64,000 bases of DNA from positions 33,542,001 to 33,606,000 of the forward strand of contig NC_083277.1 of NCBI RefSeq assembly GCF_963506605.1, in the 5' to 3' direction. A program made the position numbers and the translations under genes. Shown in pieces: positions 34,768 to 47,807 of this stretch. The notes beneath the pieces are model-generated. The model was given only the letters and a program-made list of their open reading frames with translations. It made no database searches and was not told the origin of the DNA. Origin of the DNA: Zootoca vivipara. Lineage: Eukaryota. Numbering within the stretch: position 1 is the first letter of the stretch; every line of letters starts with the position of its first letter.

Positions 34768-37700
34768 TTTATTCTATAAAAATGACACCTGTATTATGTT
34801 TCATTGCTTCCTTCCTTTCATAATACTCTGTCACCTTTTACTTTATCTTTCTTCCAGCTTTGTCATTTTGGGCAAATAAAAACATGTGGATCGTTCTACA
34901 TCCCATCCCCTTTGCCCTTCAATATGACAGAGGGGACAAATCAGACAAACTTGTGGGATCTTCTGGTAGGATTTCAAATGCTTCTCCTTTCCACGAGATC
35001 AGTCCTTGATTTCAGTCTTTAACTCTAGGGTGCCCTTCTCTGTGACATGTTGTAGAAATTAAAAATGTTAAAATGTGTCCAAAATCAATGCACAGGGTGG
35101 GAGGGAAGTCTCAGTTGAACTTTTTCAAAATGGCAGCAGTTCTGCCCCACCCAGGAGGAGGAGGAGGCCATCAGGACAGTGAGCCGGGGGGGGGGGACAG
35201 CTGGATGGGAACAGCTGTAAAACATTAACCAGATGAGGGTGGCTACATAAAAGGCAAGATGGGGGGGGGGGTGTTGGACAGGTTGCAGGAAATTTAACAA
35301 TGGAATGAACAGAAACCGGAAGGAAAGGGACAAGACAAGATAGGCAGAAAAAACCCCCGATAGAATCAGAGGAAAGAGATTAAGACAGTAAGGGAACATT
35401 GCAGAATAACATGGGCAGGTGAAGAGAATCACTACACTATAGGCAATTAGACGAGGAACAGGAAGGAGAACCCCACACCTTGGAAATAAAAATAGAAAAG
35501 GGATCCTGTGGTGAAAAAGGTATTTCCAAGCTCTAAGGCTGAGGTTTCCCCCAGGCAATCTCTGGAGTTAAAGGACCACCTGGGGTTCTGAGGATCCTAG
35601 GGAACCTAAAGGAGGAGATTCTGACACCAGTCTTTCTCTCACTTATTTCTTCTTCATTCAGAATGGGATATTTTCTTTGAAGAGCTAGATACGACTGTGG
35701 AAAATGAATTGTCTCCCTCGCTAACAAGGGTGTCGGGTATTTCACTGGCCCTGGTACAGCAGCCTGGTGTGCTGAAATGTAGCTGGTGAAATTTCCATTG
35801 AATTTGGTCGCTAGATCTGACCTCAAAACTAGGATGCAATATTCAAAATGAGGGTGCAACCCCTTCACATATGCTTAAAGCGACCTTCATGTGATTACCA
35901 GAAAGTGGATGCGATCTCTTGTGTTTCCATGGCTTCCTCTCTCGCACATACACTCTCAGTCTCCATGCATTGATTACGGATGTCTGCAGGGTAAAAACGT
36001 AGGCTTTCCCCAAAGTTGGAATGCTTATCACAGGATTCCATCTCCACTGGAAATATACTGACATCCATGCAGACATCCATGCTCAATGCATGAATATCAG
36101 GGGCCAAGTGAGCAGCGTAGCCTCACGCCCCAGTAATTCCATGAAGGGGGGCTTTAGATTTCTGATAGTAATTGCTGTTTCGTTTCCGATCTCTTCCTAC
36201 ATCAATGGTAACACTGCAATTTGCCTTTTCACTGTCATAGTTCACAGAGTTGACAGTGGAAAACACTAACGGGGAAGAAAAGCCATTATCCTATTAGTCT
36301 GCGCTGCCTATTGGCAACAAGCAGAGTGTGGCTGGTGTTGCTGTGAGGGTCTGGGGTGAAGCCTTGATAACAGCCTGCTTGCACATCAGTGGGAGCTCAA
36401 TGCTGTCTTTGTTCTTTTCACTGAAACAATAACAGCAAAATGTCATCAACAGCTCTTCAATTAGTTCCATGCCCTGCAAAGAAGAAGTCTAAGGATTACT
36501 AACCCTGCTGGTGCTACTCCCCACATACCAACTGTGCTTTGTAGACTGAGGAACAAAACTGGCTAGAGTTTATTATTTCGGTGTCTAACAACTCTCAGAG
36601 CCAGATCTGCAGGACAGGAATATATTTTAGATGAAAGCTTGAGTCGTGGCTATTTCTGGTCATTAAGTACCAAGCTATTAATTAAAAGCAAAGGAGTGTT
36701 ACAATAGTTGCCCTCATCAAATCCCGCTCTGTATAATTGCTCTTCTCCAATACAAACTTTCTAATCATTTCATTTCAAATGATCACATTTTACCCGCCCT
36801 CCCTCCTTCAGTTTCTGTCAAATGGCTGCCATACTCCATTAACACACAACCCCATCCCAACGCCAAGATGATTGCGCTTCCAGTGATGGGTGAAATGATT
36901 TTGTATTGCTGGATTCCACAGAATCTCACTCACTGTAAATGGTTGCCACAGAGAAGAGAGACCTCAGTTCTTTTAACTTAAGACAATGCCTTTCAGATGT
37001 TCAAGATCGCTTCCAGTGGAAAATGTGTTATTCACTCAATATGCGACATAAAATCAAGCTTTAATCTCTGTTTGTCTGTCTGTCTGTTTGTTTGTCTGTC
37101 TGTCTGTCTCTTCGCCTATCTCCTCCGAACCCCATAAAACCATTTGTTCCTCACCAAAGTGGGATGCATGCTCTGAGCCATTCATGGGGCAGCTGAATTC
37201 TTACAATTAGGTAAGTATTATCTTTAACCATGCAAGATCTACTGCTTCCTTAATTTTTAAAGGGCATTTTGCCCAAACCACCTCCAAAATGTAACCAAAG
37301 CAAGAGACCCTCCTGGATAATGAAAATAGCTGCAATGAACATGAGGCAAAATGTGAGGAATCCTCTACTGATTTTCAGTGCTGAAGTGTGACCCAGGTGT
37401 AACCCTCAGACTTTCCCTGAGGTGTAGCCCCTGTTGTTTATGGAAGATCGATTTTATATCTAATGAAGTTTTGTTGATTTCAGCATTTGTGTGGATGGTT
37501 TTATTGTTTTTAGAGCTTGTGTGTGTTTATTGTATTCGGTTTTATCTTGTACACTTCTTTGATGGCTTTATGCCATGAAACAATCTATAAATTTGCTTAA
37601 TAATTAAGATTATAAATATAATAACCCAGAAAACTCTTATCTTATCCTGTGAGGAGGATGAATTATTCTTGAAACTCACAACTGGAGAAATGCCCAATAA

Positions 37701-38058
37701 CCCTCTCAGGGGTTTTACTTACACTTCACTCAAAGGACCCAATAGTGCCATTTCTGTTTGGAGGGGGCATCTGTCAGGTGGAACAATGATACAGTGTTAT
37801 CACATGGCTGTAGATTAGGGAGAGGCAAGACTTCATCAGATTGGCTGAGGATAACTGCCATTTTGCTCTTCCTTTCCCAAAACTGTCTCCCAAAGATCAT
37901 TCCCTCTAGTGGGTAAACATTTATGTAGAATAAGTGCCTGAAAGTGCTTCTTCTCATGAAGGATAAGGCTATCAACAGCTGCTAGTCATCTTGGTTACAT
38001 ACTACCTCCACAATCAGAAGTCCTCCTTTGGGGTTTTCTGTAGGCATCTGGTTGGCCA

Positions 38059-38424
38059 ATTGATGCTTTTGAATTATGGTGCTGGAGGAGACTCTTGAGA
38101 GTCCCATGGACTGCAAGAAGATCAAACCTCTCCATTCTGAAGGAAATCAACCCTGGGTGCTCACTGGAAGGACAGATCGTGAAGCTGAGGCTCCAATACT
38201 TTGGCCACCTCATGAGAAGAGAAGAATCCTTGGAAAAGACCCTGATGTTGGGAAAGATTGAGGGCACTAGGAGAAGGGGACGGCAGAGGACGAGATGGTT
38301 GGACAGTGTTCTCGAAGCTACAAACATGAGTTTGACCAAACTGCGGGAGGCAGTGCAAGACAGGAGTGCCTGGCGTGCTGTGGTCCATGGGGTCACGAAG
38401 AGTCGGACATGACTAAACAACAAC
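38059..38424 (+). mobile_element. BovB 3' fragment inserted into an older CR1-tailed SINE
   Basis: 9-bp TSD GGTTGGCCA (38050-38058, 38425-38433). The rejoined flanks match the SINE family at 34100-34390. Confidence 0.93.
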
Positions 38425-38799
38425 GGTTGGCCACTGTGAGAACAAGATGTTGGCATAGATGGGATGTTGGATTAGATGGACCATTGGCCTAAGGCAACAG
38501 GCTCTTCTTGTGTTCTTAGAATGCATATTGAAAATAAGATGTATTACCTGAATTTCTATGTTATTTTCCTCATCCAATTCTATCCATTCTTACTAGGTAT
38601 AGCCCATTAGGTACTAAATGTTTGGTGACTGTCTCAGTTAATTGGTAGGTGTTAATGATCTCTCCAGGGAGATACTTAATTTTGCACTGAATTTAACTTT
38701 GCTTTTTACTTTTTGGGAGATGGGTCCTAAAGGTCTGGATGAACTAATTGCCTCCTGTTCCCACTGAGAGTCCCAAAACTGCAGTAGCTGAAATAAAGC

Positions 38800-38960
38800 A
38801 TCATTAAGGATAGGAATAACATTAGGAACAAAGGAAACTGCTGTGAGTCAGGAACCTGCTGGATGGCAGTTTCCCCAACTCTCTCTGGAGATGGGGAAAA
38901 TAGAACCTGGAGACTTTTGCATGCAAAGGAAGTGTTTTTCCACATAGCAATGGCCCTTCT
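38800..38960 (-). mobile_element. Degenerate Squam3-like tRNA SINE
   Basis: Minus strand GAAGGGCCATTGCT...CTTTGCATGCAAAAGTCTCCAGGTTC with a TTCCT-repeat tail. Confidence 0.5.
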
Positions 38961-40954
38961 CTCCATCTTTGAAAAACTATGTTTGGATATAACAGCAGCA
39001 AGCATTTTATATGACTTTTACAGCATCAACGGGGAATCTGAGGCATTCCAGATGTTGTTGAATTATAACTCACATCAGTCCCAGTCAACCTGACTAATTG
39101 GTTAGGAACAATGGGAGTTGCAGTCACACAACCTCTGTAGGGCTACAGGTCCCCCCCCCATCCCTGTTTTAAGGAATGCATCATCTTAAAGTCTATGCAT
39201 GTTCACTCATAACTTAAGGAAATTCAACTCTATTCAATAGACCTTAAGCCCAAATAACTGTGGATGAGATTGCAGCCTCACAGTGGAAGCCTATACATGC
39301 TTACTCAAAAGTAAAGACCCTTGCACTTGATGTAGGTTGCAGTCAAGTAAATGATAACTTGAGAGGCACCCGAACCTGTGCCAAAGAAGTCACACCGAAG
39401 TCACATTTCGGTCCACCAACAGTTTCCTCCTCCATCACTATTCAGAAGCAAAAGGGTGAATTTTAGTAACCTATTGAGCAAACTCACCCTTTGTCCTCTG
39501 CCAAACAAACATGAAGGGGTGAAGTGGGTAGCAAAGGTGAGGGATGAGAAAAAGGTCCATTGAGCTCCCTCACCTCACCACCCCAGATTCATCACCTCCC
39601 TACCATCAGGACCAGGGTCTCTGCTCTGCTCTGTGCAGCTGCAGAATAGAACGAGTCAAAGTCATTCTCTTTCTGCTTCACAGAAAATACTCTGTCCCAT
39701 TGACATAGCAGGCATCCATCAGATCCTTTTTAACAAAAAGCAGCAGTGGCTGAGGCTTTTATGAATCAGCCCTCTGTGTACAGCTGCCTTGCTGGGCGAG
39801 GGATACTAAGCACTGACTTATTCATGACTTTTCAGCAAACTACCCCCCCCCCCCCTGTTCCCAAAAGAAAGAAAACAGAGTTTTATGGGAAGCTTTTTTT
39901 AATGCTGCTATTTCCGGTTTAGCCGAGGCTCCAAGCACCAGGAGTGTTGCTTGCTCATAGTCCAAATACGGCTTTCGTACGCAGGGAGGAATGGCAGATT
40001 CCTCACACAGCAGAACCATGCAAGCTATGAGAGGAGTCCATCGCAATCAGTATTGCCAGTATCTCAGCAAATGGATCCCTCTCCTTTATTCTTCTAATAA
40101 TTTGCATCCTGATATTTTCCCCGCTTACAAATGAATCGGCCTTGATTGTTCCAGCAATAGCAGGAAAGAGTCATTTAAAAATCTGCCGGCATCAGACTGT
40201 GATAATCTTACACTAGAGATATGTAATGGGGCCTGCCAAGAAAGTGTCCATTGATGGAAAAGGCCCTCCACATCGCTAATGAGGTGTAGGTGCTGGCACT
40301 GTAGATAAGATGCCTATAAAGCGCTCACTTGATAGAGCGCATGGACCAGAATGGTCCTTAAGTGCACCAAGTGGCCACTATGCCTTATAATTGGAGCCAA
40401 TAAAAAGGAGTGTTTGTTTAAAGTTTTAGTGGAGAACTGTGGAAAGAGAGGCAATAAAGCAGTTGCCAAAATTAATGTGCAGAGCGAATTTTGTGAGTTT
40501 GTTTGTGCTGGGTTGTTATTAATATTTCTTCTATAATATATGCATTTCGCTTGATCCAACCCCGCAACTTTTTATTCACAACTGGCAGATAAATTAAACT
40601 TATTACAGCTAATTAACGCAAGCAAATTGCTTATTTATTCTTTGATATTCAAATGGATGCTCTTTGTGCTTTTGATCCAGTGGTGATGTCCACTGGTGTA
40701 AGAGGAGGATAGTTTCCCTTGTCACTGCAACCCCCTAAACTACCTTCCACCTTGTTTTGCAGGGTCATCTCACCCTCAGAAGCTGATTCTGGGTGGTGGG
40801 CATTAGTTAATGTTTTTTTTTTCAGTTGCTGACGTTTTAGGGAGTGATCCTCCAAATCCAAGATCCATTTGGGTTTGGATGAGTGAGTGAATCTCCAACT
40901 CAGCAGGCTGATTCTTGGCATAGCCAGACTACAACTCATCCAAGACAGCAATTG

Positions 40955-41666
40955 TGTGGCGAACCCCGATGCCTCCCCAGAATGAATAATGACACAGGAC
41001 ACATGGCATAAGGTCAATGGGCGTAGAAGGCCACAACTTTATTGATTACGGATGTAGAGAGGTATTGGCATAGGCATTGGATCTAACCGTCTATATCCGA
41101 CTCCAGCCCGCTGTGCTGGCAGTCTGTGAAGGGTTAACCACCGTTGGGTGAGCCCTGTGATGCACATCAACTGGGAACTCACCCTGGGGCCACCGCTAGG
41201 GGTCGTGCCTTTAGGCCCTCACCTACCACGGCTTCGGACTTGGCCACGCCCCGGACTCCTTAAGGGAGTACCCTTCAGCATTTTGGAGGAGGTGATGGCA
41301 GCAACCTCCCCCCCCCACCTGTAACCTTTCAGAGATAATCCAATGCCTACCGCCAAAACCAAAGTTGTGACGAGTTGCTACGAGGTAGGCGAAAACCACC
41401 AGGCCAGAGCCAATTTGCCCAGTGGGAAAATTCCTACCAGGCCCCTCAACGGCGACCAACTGATGTCCATAGCAATGTCAAATGAGAGACCTGCCTAAAG
41501 GGAGGGTGGGTGGGAAAACGAAGCAGCTGGAGGTTAAAATGAGGAGAGAGGCAGATTCCCGGCCGCGGGCTTGCTTAAATCAGCAAGCCGCGCCCCCTTG
41601 GAACGTCCTGATTGGATGCCAATGGGATGCCACCACCCCCCCACGTGTCGGCCTCATGGGCCCACA
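40955..41666 (-). mobile_element. Solo LTR (AATAAAGTTGTGGCC family)
   Basis: TGTGG...CCACA termini. On the minus strand CCAAT, a GC-rich stretch, TATA-like ATTTAA and AATAAA occur in promoter-to-polyA order. CpG-rich; no clean TSD found. Confidence 0.7.
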
Positions 41667-41785
41667 ACTTTCACTCCTCCTTACGGCGGAATGGACTGAA
41701 TTTGACAACATCAGGGTAGTATCACAGAACTGATAAAGTGAAAGGATGTGTGACTAGTCCAGCATAAATCCACCACTAATGTATA

Positions 41786-42174
41786 TAAGATAAGATATCT
41801 TTATTGTCATTATCCCCTTGCGGGAACAACGAAATTACTCGGTTGCTACATCCACTCAGATAAAGCATTCCGCATAATCCAAAATTACAAAACCTAATTA
41901 AAAACAGTAAATATAATACAAATAACAAGTAAAATAAGATGAATTCAAAGCCCAGGCTTTCCATTTAAGGCCAAAATCGCTCTAGAGAAGAAACTGTTCC
42001 TGAGACGGCTCGTTCTTGCCTGCATAGTTCTATATCTCCGTCCCGATTGCAGGAGCTGAAAGAAATGGTGACCAGGGTGCGTTGGATCTCTTGATATGTC
42101 TAGTGCTTTTCTATGGCACCTGGTGGTATAGATTTGTTCTAAGGTGGAGAGTGAGCAGCCAATAATGCTCTCTC
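41786..42174 (-). mobile_element. Rex1/Babar LINE 3' fragment
   Basis: IIGCSLSTLEQIYTTRCHRKA...DPTHPGHHFFQLLQSGRRYR...RTSRLRNSFF is the characteristic Rex1/Babar ORF end. Followed by AATAAAG and a (TATCT)n tail. Confidence 0.85.
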
Positions 42175-43328
42175 TTATTCCATCAATGGCATGCTGCAAA
42201 ATATACCTGCCCCCCCCCCAAGTCTGCAGTCTTAATATCCTCATGAGGATATTAAGCTCCAGTGAAGGTTGTCAGTTGCGGGGCCTCCAATGAAGATGCT
42301 GGTGTTTGATGCAATGTGATATCAATGTTTATGCTTGTGATGTTTCTGGTAGAAATGGTTGTTTCACATGGGAGAATTAACTCTCCTTCTTTTAGCCACA
42401 TTCCATTAGCTTAAGACACAGCATTTTAACTACAATGGGATGTGGAAACAATGATATCCAATGCCACACCTTGGCACAGACTGTGCAAATTAAATCGGGA
42501 TAAGCAAAAGAGAAAAGAAAAGAAATCTTTTGAATTAAATTTTCCTTGCATTAAATTGATTAAAGCCCATCTTTAGACAGATACAAATGAGCAGCACAAA
42601 GTTGGCAATTTAACCTCATTGGCATGCAAGTGATGAAATGTTCCACCCTGTCAAGCGCTACCTCAGAACTTACCCGGCTTACCCAATATCTCTTCCAGGT
42701 GCTATGTCTTCCGTGAAAAATTCTGCTTGGTCCAGCAAGCTACTTTGCCATAACAGAAACATTCCCTGTAAGAAATGGTGTCTATTGTAGCCATGCATAT
42801 TATTTTAAAGATCTTGATAGTTCACTCTTAGAGATGAACTGATCAGTCTATTTCTGTCCTGTCTCATTTTCATGAGTCTTTTCTACATCTGCTCCATCCT
42901 GATTCCATTTCTACTTGCAGTGTTAAACGAGCACACCACAAAGTTTATAAGGAAAGATTTCTCTCTCTCTTCTCCCCATGAACCCACAAAATATGCTCAG
43001 AGGGACCCCCAGTGCAGTGGAAGAGCAGCATTAGATAAAACCCATAATGTACCATGGAATTAGGAAGCTGTTCAAGGCATGCTTTTAAACTTTTCTATTA
43101 TTCTCTTTCCCAATCCCCCCCTTTTTGGGGGGGGAGGGTGTCCTAAAGGATTTGAATGTGGATTTTTAATTTTCAACTTGAAAACCAGAAACCACAATGG
43201 ATGGGGTTTAAACTACAGCTGGCATAATAAGGAGTCTCCCCATGCCTCTGCCCGGCAGAGCAAGCCAAGTGACGGCCCCGGATGGAGCGGAGGGGGAAGT
43301 CTTCCAGGACTTGGGAGATTTATGAAAA

Positions 43329-43605
43329 TCACTGGAAGGACAGATCCTGAAGCTGAGGCTACAATACTTTGGCCACCTCATGAGAAGAGAAGACTCCCTG
43401 GAAAAGACCCTGATGTTGGGAAAGATTGAGGACACTAGGAGAAGGGGACGACAGAGGACGAGATGGCTGGACAGTGTTCTTGAAGCTACAAACATGAGTT
43501 TGACCAAACTGCAGGAGGCAGTGGAAGACAGGAGTGCCTGGCGTGCTCTGGTCCATGGAGTCACAAAGAGTCAGACACGACTAAACGACTAAACAACAAC
43601 AACAA
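43329..43605 (+). mobile_element. BovB 3' fragment
   Basis: Aligns to about 3856-4132 of the full-length copy and has a (CAA)n tail. Confidence 0.93.
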
Positions 43606-43753
43606 TGTAAATAACACAGGAAAATAGACAGACTGAACATTTAAAATGGCAGGTTTCTTAGACCATTTTCAATAGCCTGAATGTGAGTTGCTTCTGTGGT
43701 AGCTGGGATTCTGTTTTCTACAGGTTGGTGGATAATTATAGATGTAGCAGTAA

Positions 43754-43987
<234 letters not shown>

Positions 43988-44195
43988 TGATTTTCAGCAC
44001 CCTTGTCTACAAATTTGGAAGAACTGAAGAACTATGGGCTTAAGAGTACTTTTTTCTTCATCTTGCTTAGCAAGGCTTTTATGTAAATATAACATGCATT
44101 TCTGTTTTATATTTTTCCAGATAGATGTTGCATTACACCTTTTGTATGTTTACTTATTTTTGGAAAGTGAACTGAGTTAAATATTCTGCTCAAAG

Positions 44196-44325
44196 TTAGA
44201 AAACATCTGAAGGCAGCCCTGTTTAGGGAAGTTTTTAATGTTTGATTCTATTTTTAGTATTCTGTTGGGAGCTGCCCAGAGTGGCTGGGGAAACCCAGCC
44301 AGATGGGCGGAGTATAAATAATAAA

Positions 44326-44368
<43 letters not shown>
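44196..44368 (+). mobile_element. L2 3' end with (TTA)n tail
   Basis: Same family as 20457-20748. Confidence 0.8.
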
Positions 44369-44369
<1 letters not shown>

Positions 44370-46119
44370 TGTTAAACACAATTCTACAGTATTGTGAAAA
44401 TGCAGTAATAATTTAAAAAATAGATCATAAGCAGTTTACAGCATACCTTAAAACATCACATGTAATATTACATAATATTAAAATAAAACATATCAAATGA
44501 AAACCAAATGCAAAATATAATACAGATCTATATTTAATGCAGGATAATGAGCAATAAAGCAAAGCATTCTCTTAAACATAAAAAAATTACAAGTGAAAAT
44601 CAATCACAAAAATACAATGAAAATTCTGCCTATTAAAACTCCATTAGTTTCTTAATGGCAGCTCTCTTGCTTGCCCTTTTCCCACTTTCTAAAGCTCTCC
44701 AATGTGTCTTGTTTTATTTTTAAATTTAATTCCAGAAAAATACAGTACTTGAATTGTTCACAAATGCCACTGCATTGATTAATTTTGAATGACGGGAGAT
44801 TTTTACGCAAGTTCAAGAAGATGATGGAGAAACAAAATATCTGCTCCTGACTTCAACATGCATAGTCCTATTGTTTTTTTTAATCTACATTTCAAATTTT
44901 CTAAAGCCTTGTGGATTTCTGGCAGCACTCAATACCAGAAGCAAAATCCGGTGGGAGCTTTCTTCCTGAAAAGACTTAACTTGGTGCTTATATTCAGGAA
45001 GGATCAGGTTTCATTTTCTCTGGCTGTTATTTGCAGCAATCAATATTGAAGTGATGAGCAAATGGTCACCTGGAGTTTATACTTTGATGGGGATGCAGAA
45101 GTAAACCCATCTTTCTTCTGGCTCTGAAGACCTTATTCTAAACATCATGGGAATTATTTTTCATCACTGAAATATTTATGGAATGGCCGTGGCCGTTAAA
45201 GAACCCTTCCATTATTTCTGTATACCCCGTTTCCTTTAAGCATAGCAAGTGCACAAGTTAATCACTCGCTGGTGACAGCCAGGGGAAAATGTTACACTAT
45301 TGTCATACATTCTGGCAGAGTCCCGTTATCTCAGAGATAGAAAGCTTTAAGCAACACAAAGAGACTGGAGTGAGATGCCCACTTCAGGCATTATTACCAT
45401 AAGGCGCAAAAAGGGGTATAGTTGGGTCTGTACAGGAGAGCCAGTTAGCCCCCACCCCTAGGTTGCACGAATTCTCAGAGCCCCTCACCTTTTTAAAGTA
45501 AACTTCTGCAGTGCAGATCTTGCAGGGTTCTCAGTCATCATGCAGGGAGTTTCCACAGAATCTTCTGGCTGCAAAAAAGTTTACTTTAATTACGTACGGG
45601 GCTGGTAGGATCCCAACAAGCCTATTCTACCTGTTTTGTCCTTGCTCACATTGGAGGATGAAGAACTCAAATTCACATTGCATTTTCTGTCAAAAACGTT
45701 AATGTTTAAATCAGTATGGTACATACGGTAGGCCAAACAAGTAAAGACATTTATCCAACAAATGACATGGGTCCTGTTTTTGTGGGATGGGTTTTAACAG
45801 GTAGGAAAGGATATATTTTAATTGCAGTTTATCCCTCCAGGTGCCCACTTGTGTGGTTTGAACAGAGTTTCAAAATCCTGTCCTTGGCAGCAAAATTAAA
45901 AGCATAGGAATTAGCCTGTAAAGCTTTGTTTTGAGCAACTCCAGCAAACGAAGTAAGCTGGCTTCCCCCTTCTTAACCCACTTAACAAAGAAGCTGGCAA
46001 CAACTTAGGAAGTAAGTCTTAAAATATAATTTACTTATAATCTTGCATTGGTTTACAACAATGGCAGCAGTAAAAACTATGCAGGCAAAGTATTTATGTT
46101 TACAGTATGATCAGCTTCA

Positions 46120-46195
46120 GGCATGGTTCTGTTAGCTAGGGATGATGGGAACTGTAGTCCCAAAACATTTGGAGGGCCGAGTTTGCCTATGCCTG
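46120..46195. mobile_element. Half hAT MITE
   Basis: Right half of the 17190/48079 family, ending AGTTTGCCTATGCCTG. Confidence 0.65.
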
Positions 46196-47186
46196 GTGTA
46201 GGCCTGCCCTCATGGATGGTCACAGGAAGATGGAGACAGGAGAGAGCAACAGGAAGTTCTATATGTTCCTTCCTCTCCATGGGAGGAGGAGAAATGACAT
46301 CACACAGAGCCCTTTCTACCAATTGGTATTTCTATGGTCTGAGTATGTGCCTATCAGCAATACAGCTCTGTGGACATAGCCCCTTCTCATGCTAACTAGG
46401 AAGAATATGCATTTGTTAGGTTTGGCTGCTAATCTACCACAGTTATGTGGGAATGTGGTGGGCACAGCTTCAGCATGGCAAATGGGAAATTCCTTTAGAC
46501 TGAGCAGGCAAACTTTAGAGAAAAAGGTTGTTAATGTCTCTTGCAACTTACATTCCTGCCTGAGACAATAGACATGAGATTTAATGTCTTCTTATACTTT
46601 GTGAAGGATAGTATCAACTACGGTAAATTTCACACACCCCATGTAAAATATTGCATTCCGTTACCAAATATAAAACTACAGATGAGATGGCAAAGAAGAT
46701 CCGTCTTGATAAGTGCATTGAGCCACAACTTACGTCAATCATCACAGATTTAAGAATGCAAATGTAAAGAACAGTAGTATATTCTGTTGGCGTATTAAAT
46801 GGAGCTGGCCTTCATATACTATTTGTTCTTCTGTTTGTGCATTTATTAAATACATTTGTAGCTTTTTATTTTTATTTATTAAAATTGTATAATGCCCTTC
46901 ATCCAAAGTTCTCAGGGCAGTTCACAGCATAAAAATACAAAATGAAAACACAAAAACACAGTAAAAACAACATCAAAACCCCACAACTCCCCCTCCCACA
47001 AACACATCTAAAATGACATAGAATGTTAATCAGCATGACCTTCATGAGAAATCTCAGGGTGGGGTACAATAAAAATTACTATCCCCCCAATTTATAAAGC
47101 ATTCAGGGAACAATCCTATACACAAGAAGTTGGCATAAAGCAAGCCCATGTAAATTAAGCTGGCATAAAGTTACACCAGATCCAAA

Positions 47187-47494
47187 CATAGGTGCCAACT
47201 CCCAGATTGAAAAATCCAGGATCGGCACCGGAAGTCGTGCTGCGGCCATTTTGGAACTGGGCAGAGCAGCACCAGAAGTTGCTTCTACGCATGCTCGGCC
47301 CATTTCCAAAATGGCCGCTGTGCCAGAAATCACTTCTGCGCATGTCCAGAGACTCCGGACATGCACAGAAGGAGCCTCCCCGGGCCGGTAAGAATCCAGG
47401 GGATTTACGGGTTTTTTTTAAATCCGGGCTGCCAGCAGGAAACGGCTGGAAAAACGAGGGTTTCCTGGGGAATACGGGAGACTTGGCAGCTATG
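47187..47494. mobile_element. hAT non-autonomous element (CATAGCTGCCAA-type ends)
   Basis: TIR CATAGGTGCCAA / TTGGCAGCTATG with an exact 8-bp TSD GATCCAAA and internal hairpins. Confidence 0.85.
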
Positions 47495-47544
47495 GATCCA
47501 AACCCCATTAAGCAGTGGGGCTACTTCTGGCTGAGCCAGCCTTA

Positions 47545-47807
47545 GGGTTCATCCACACTTCTGCTTGCCCCATGCTTTCTAGGCAAGAATCCAATCAGTT
47601 TTTCATTTGCCCCACACTTCCCCCCAGGAAAACCTACTGTTTACTACTGAATCATAAAAAAACGTCCACTGGGTTTTCTGCAGATTAGAGTTTGTTCCAA
47701 CTCAGCGATAAACAGCAGGTTTTCCTGAGGAAAGTGGTAAGGAGAATGAAAAACCTCCTGTGACAAGCAGAAGAAAACACAGAACAAGTGGACGTGTGAA
47801 TGAGCCC
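47545..47807. mobile_element. PIF/Harbinger-like palindromic MITE
   Basis: TIR GGGTTCATCCACAC / GTGTGAATGAGCCC flanked by TTA/TAA, with internal inverted repeats (CAGGAAAACCT / AGGTTTTCCTG). Confidence 0.65.

Noticed and set aside
35085-35558. 157-aa hydrophobic ORF
   Set aside because: Explained by pyrimidine-rich low-complexity sequence on that strand.
35533-35868. 111-aa minus-strand ORF with faint by-eye echoes of negative-strand RNA virus nucleoproteins
   Set aside because: Only scattered identities recalled from memory. It has a GTG start, stops immediately upstream, and no TSD or poly(A). It would need a significant HHpred or tBLASTn hit to be taken seriously.
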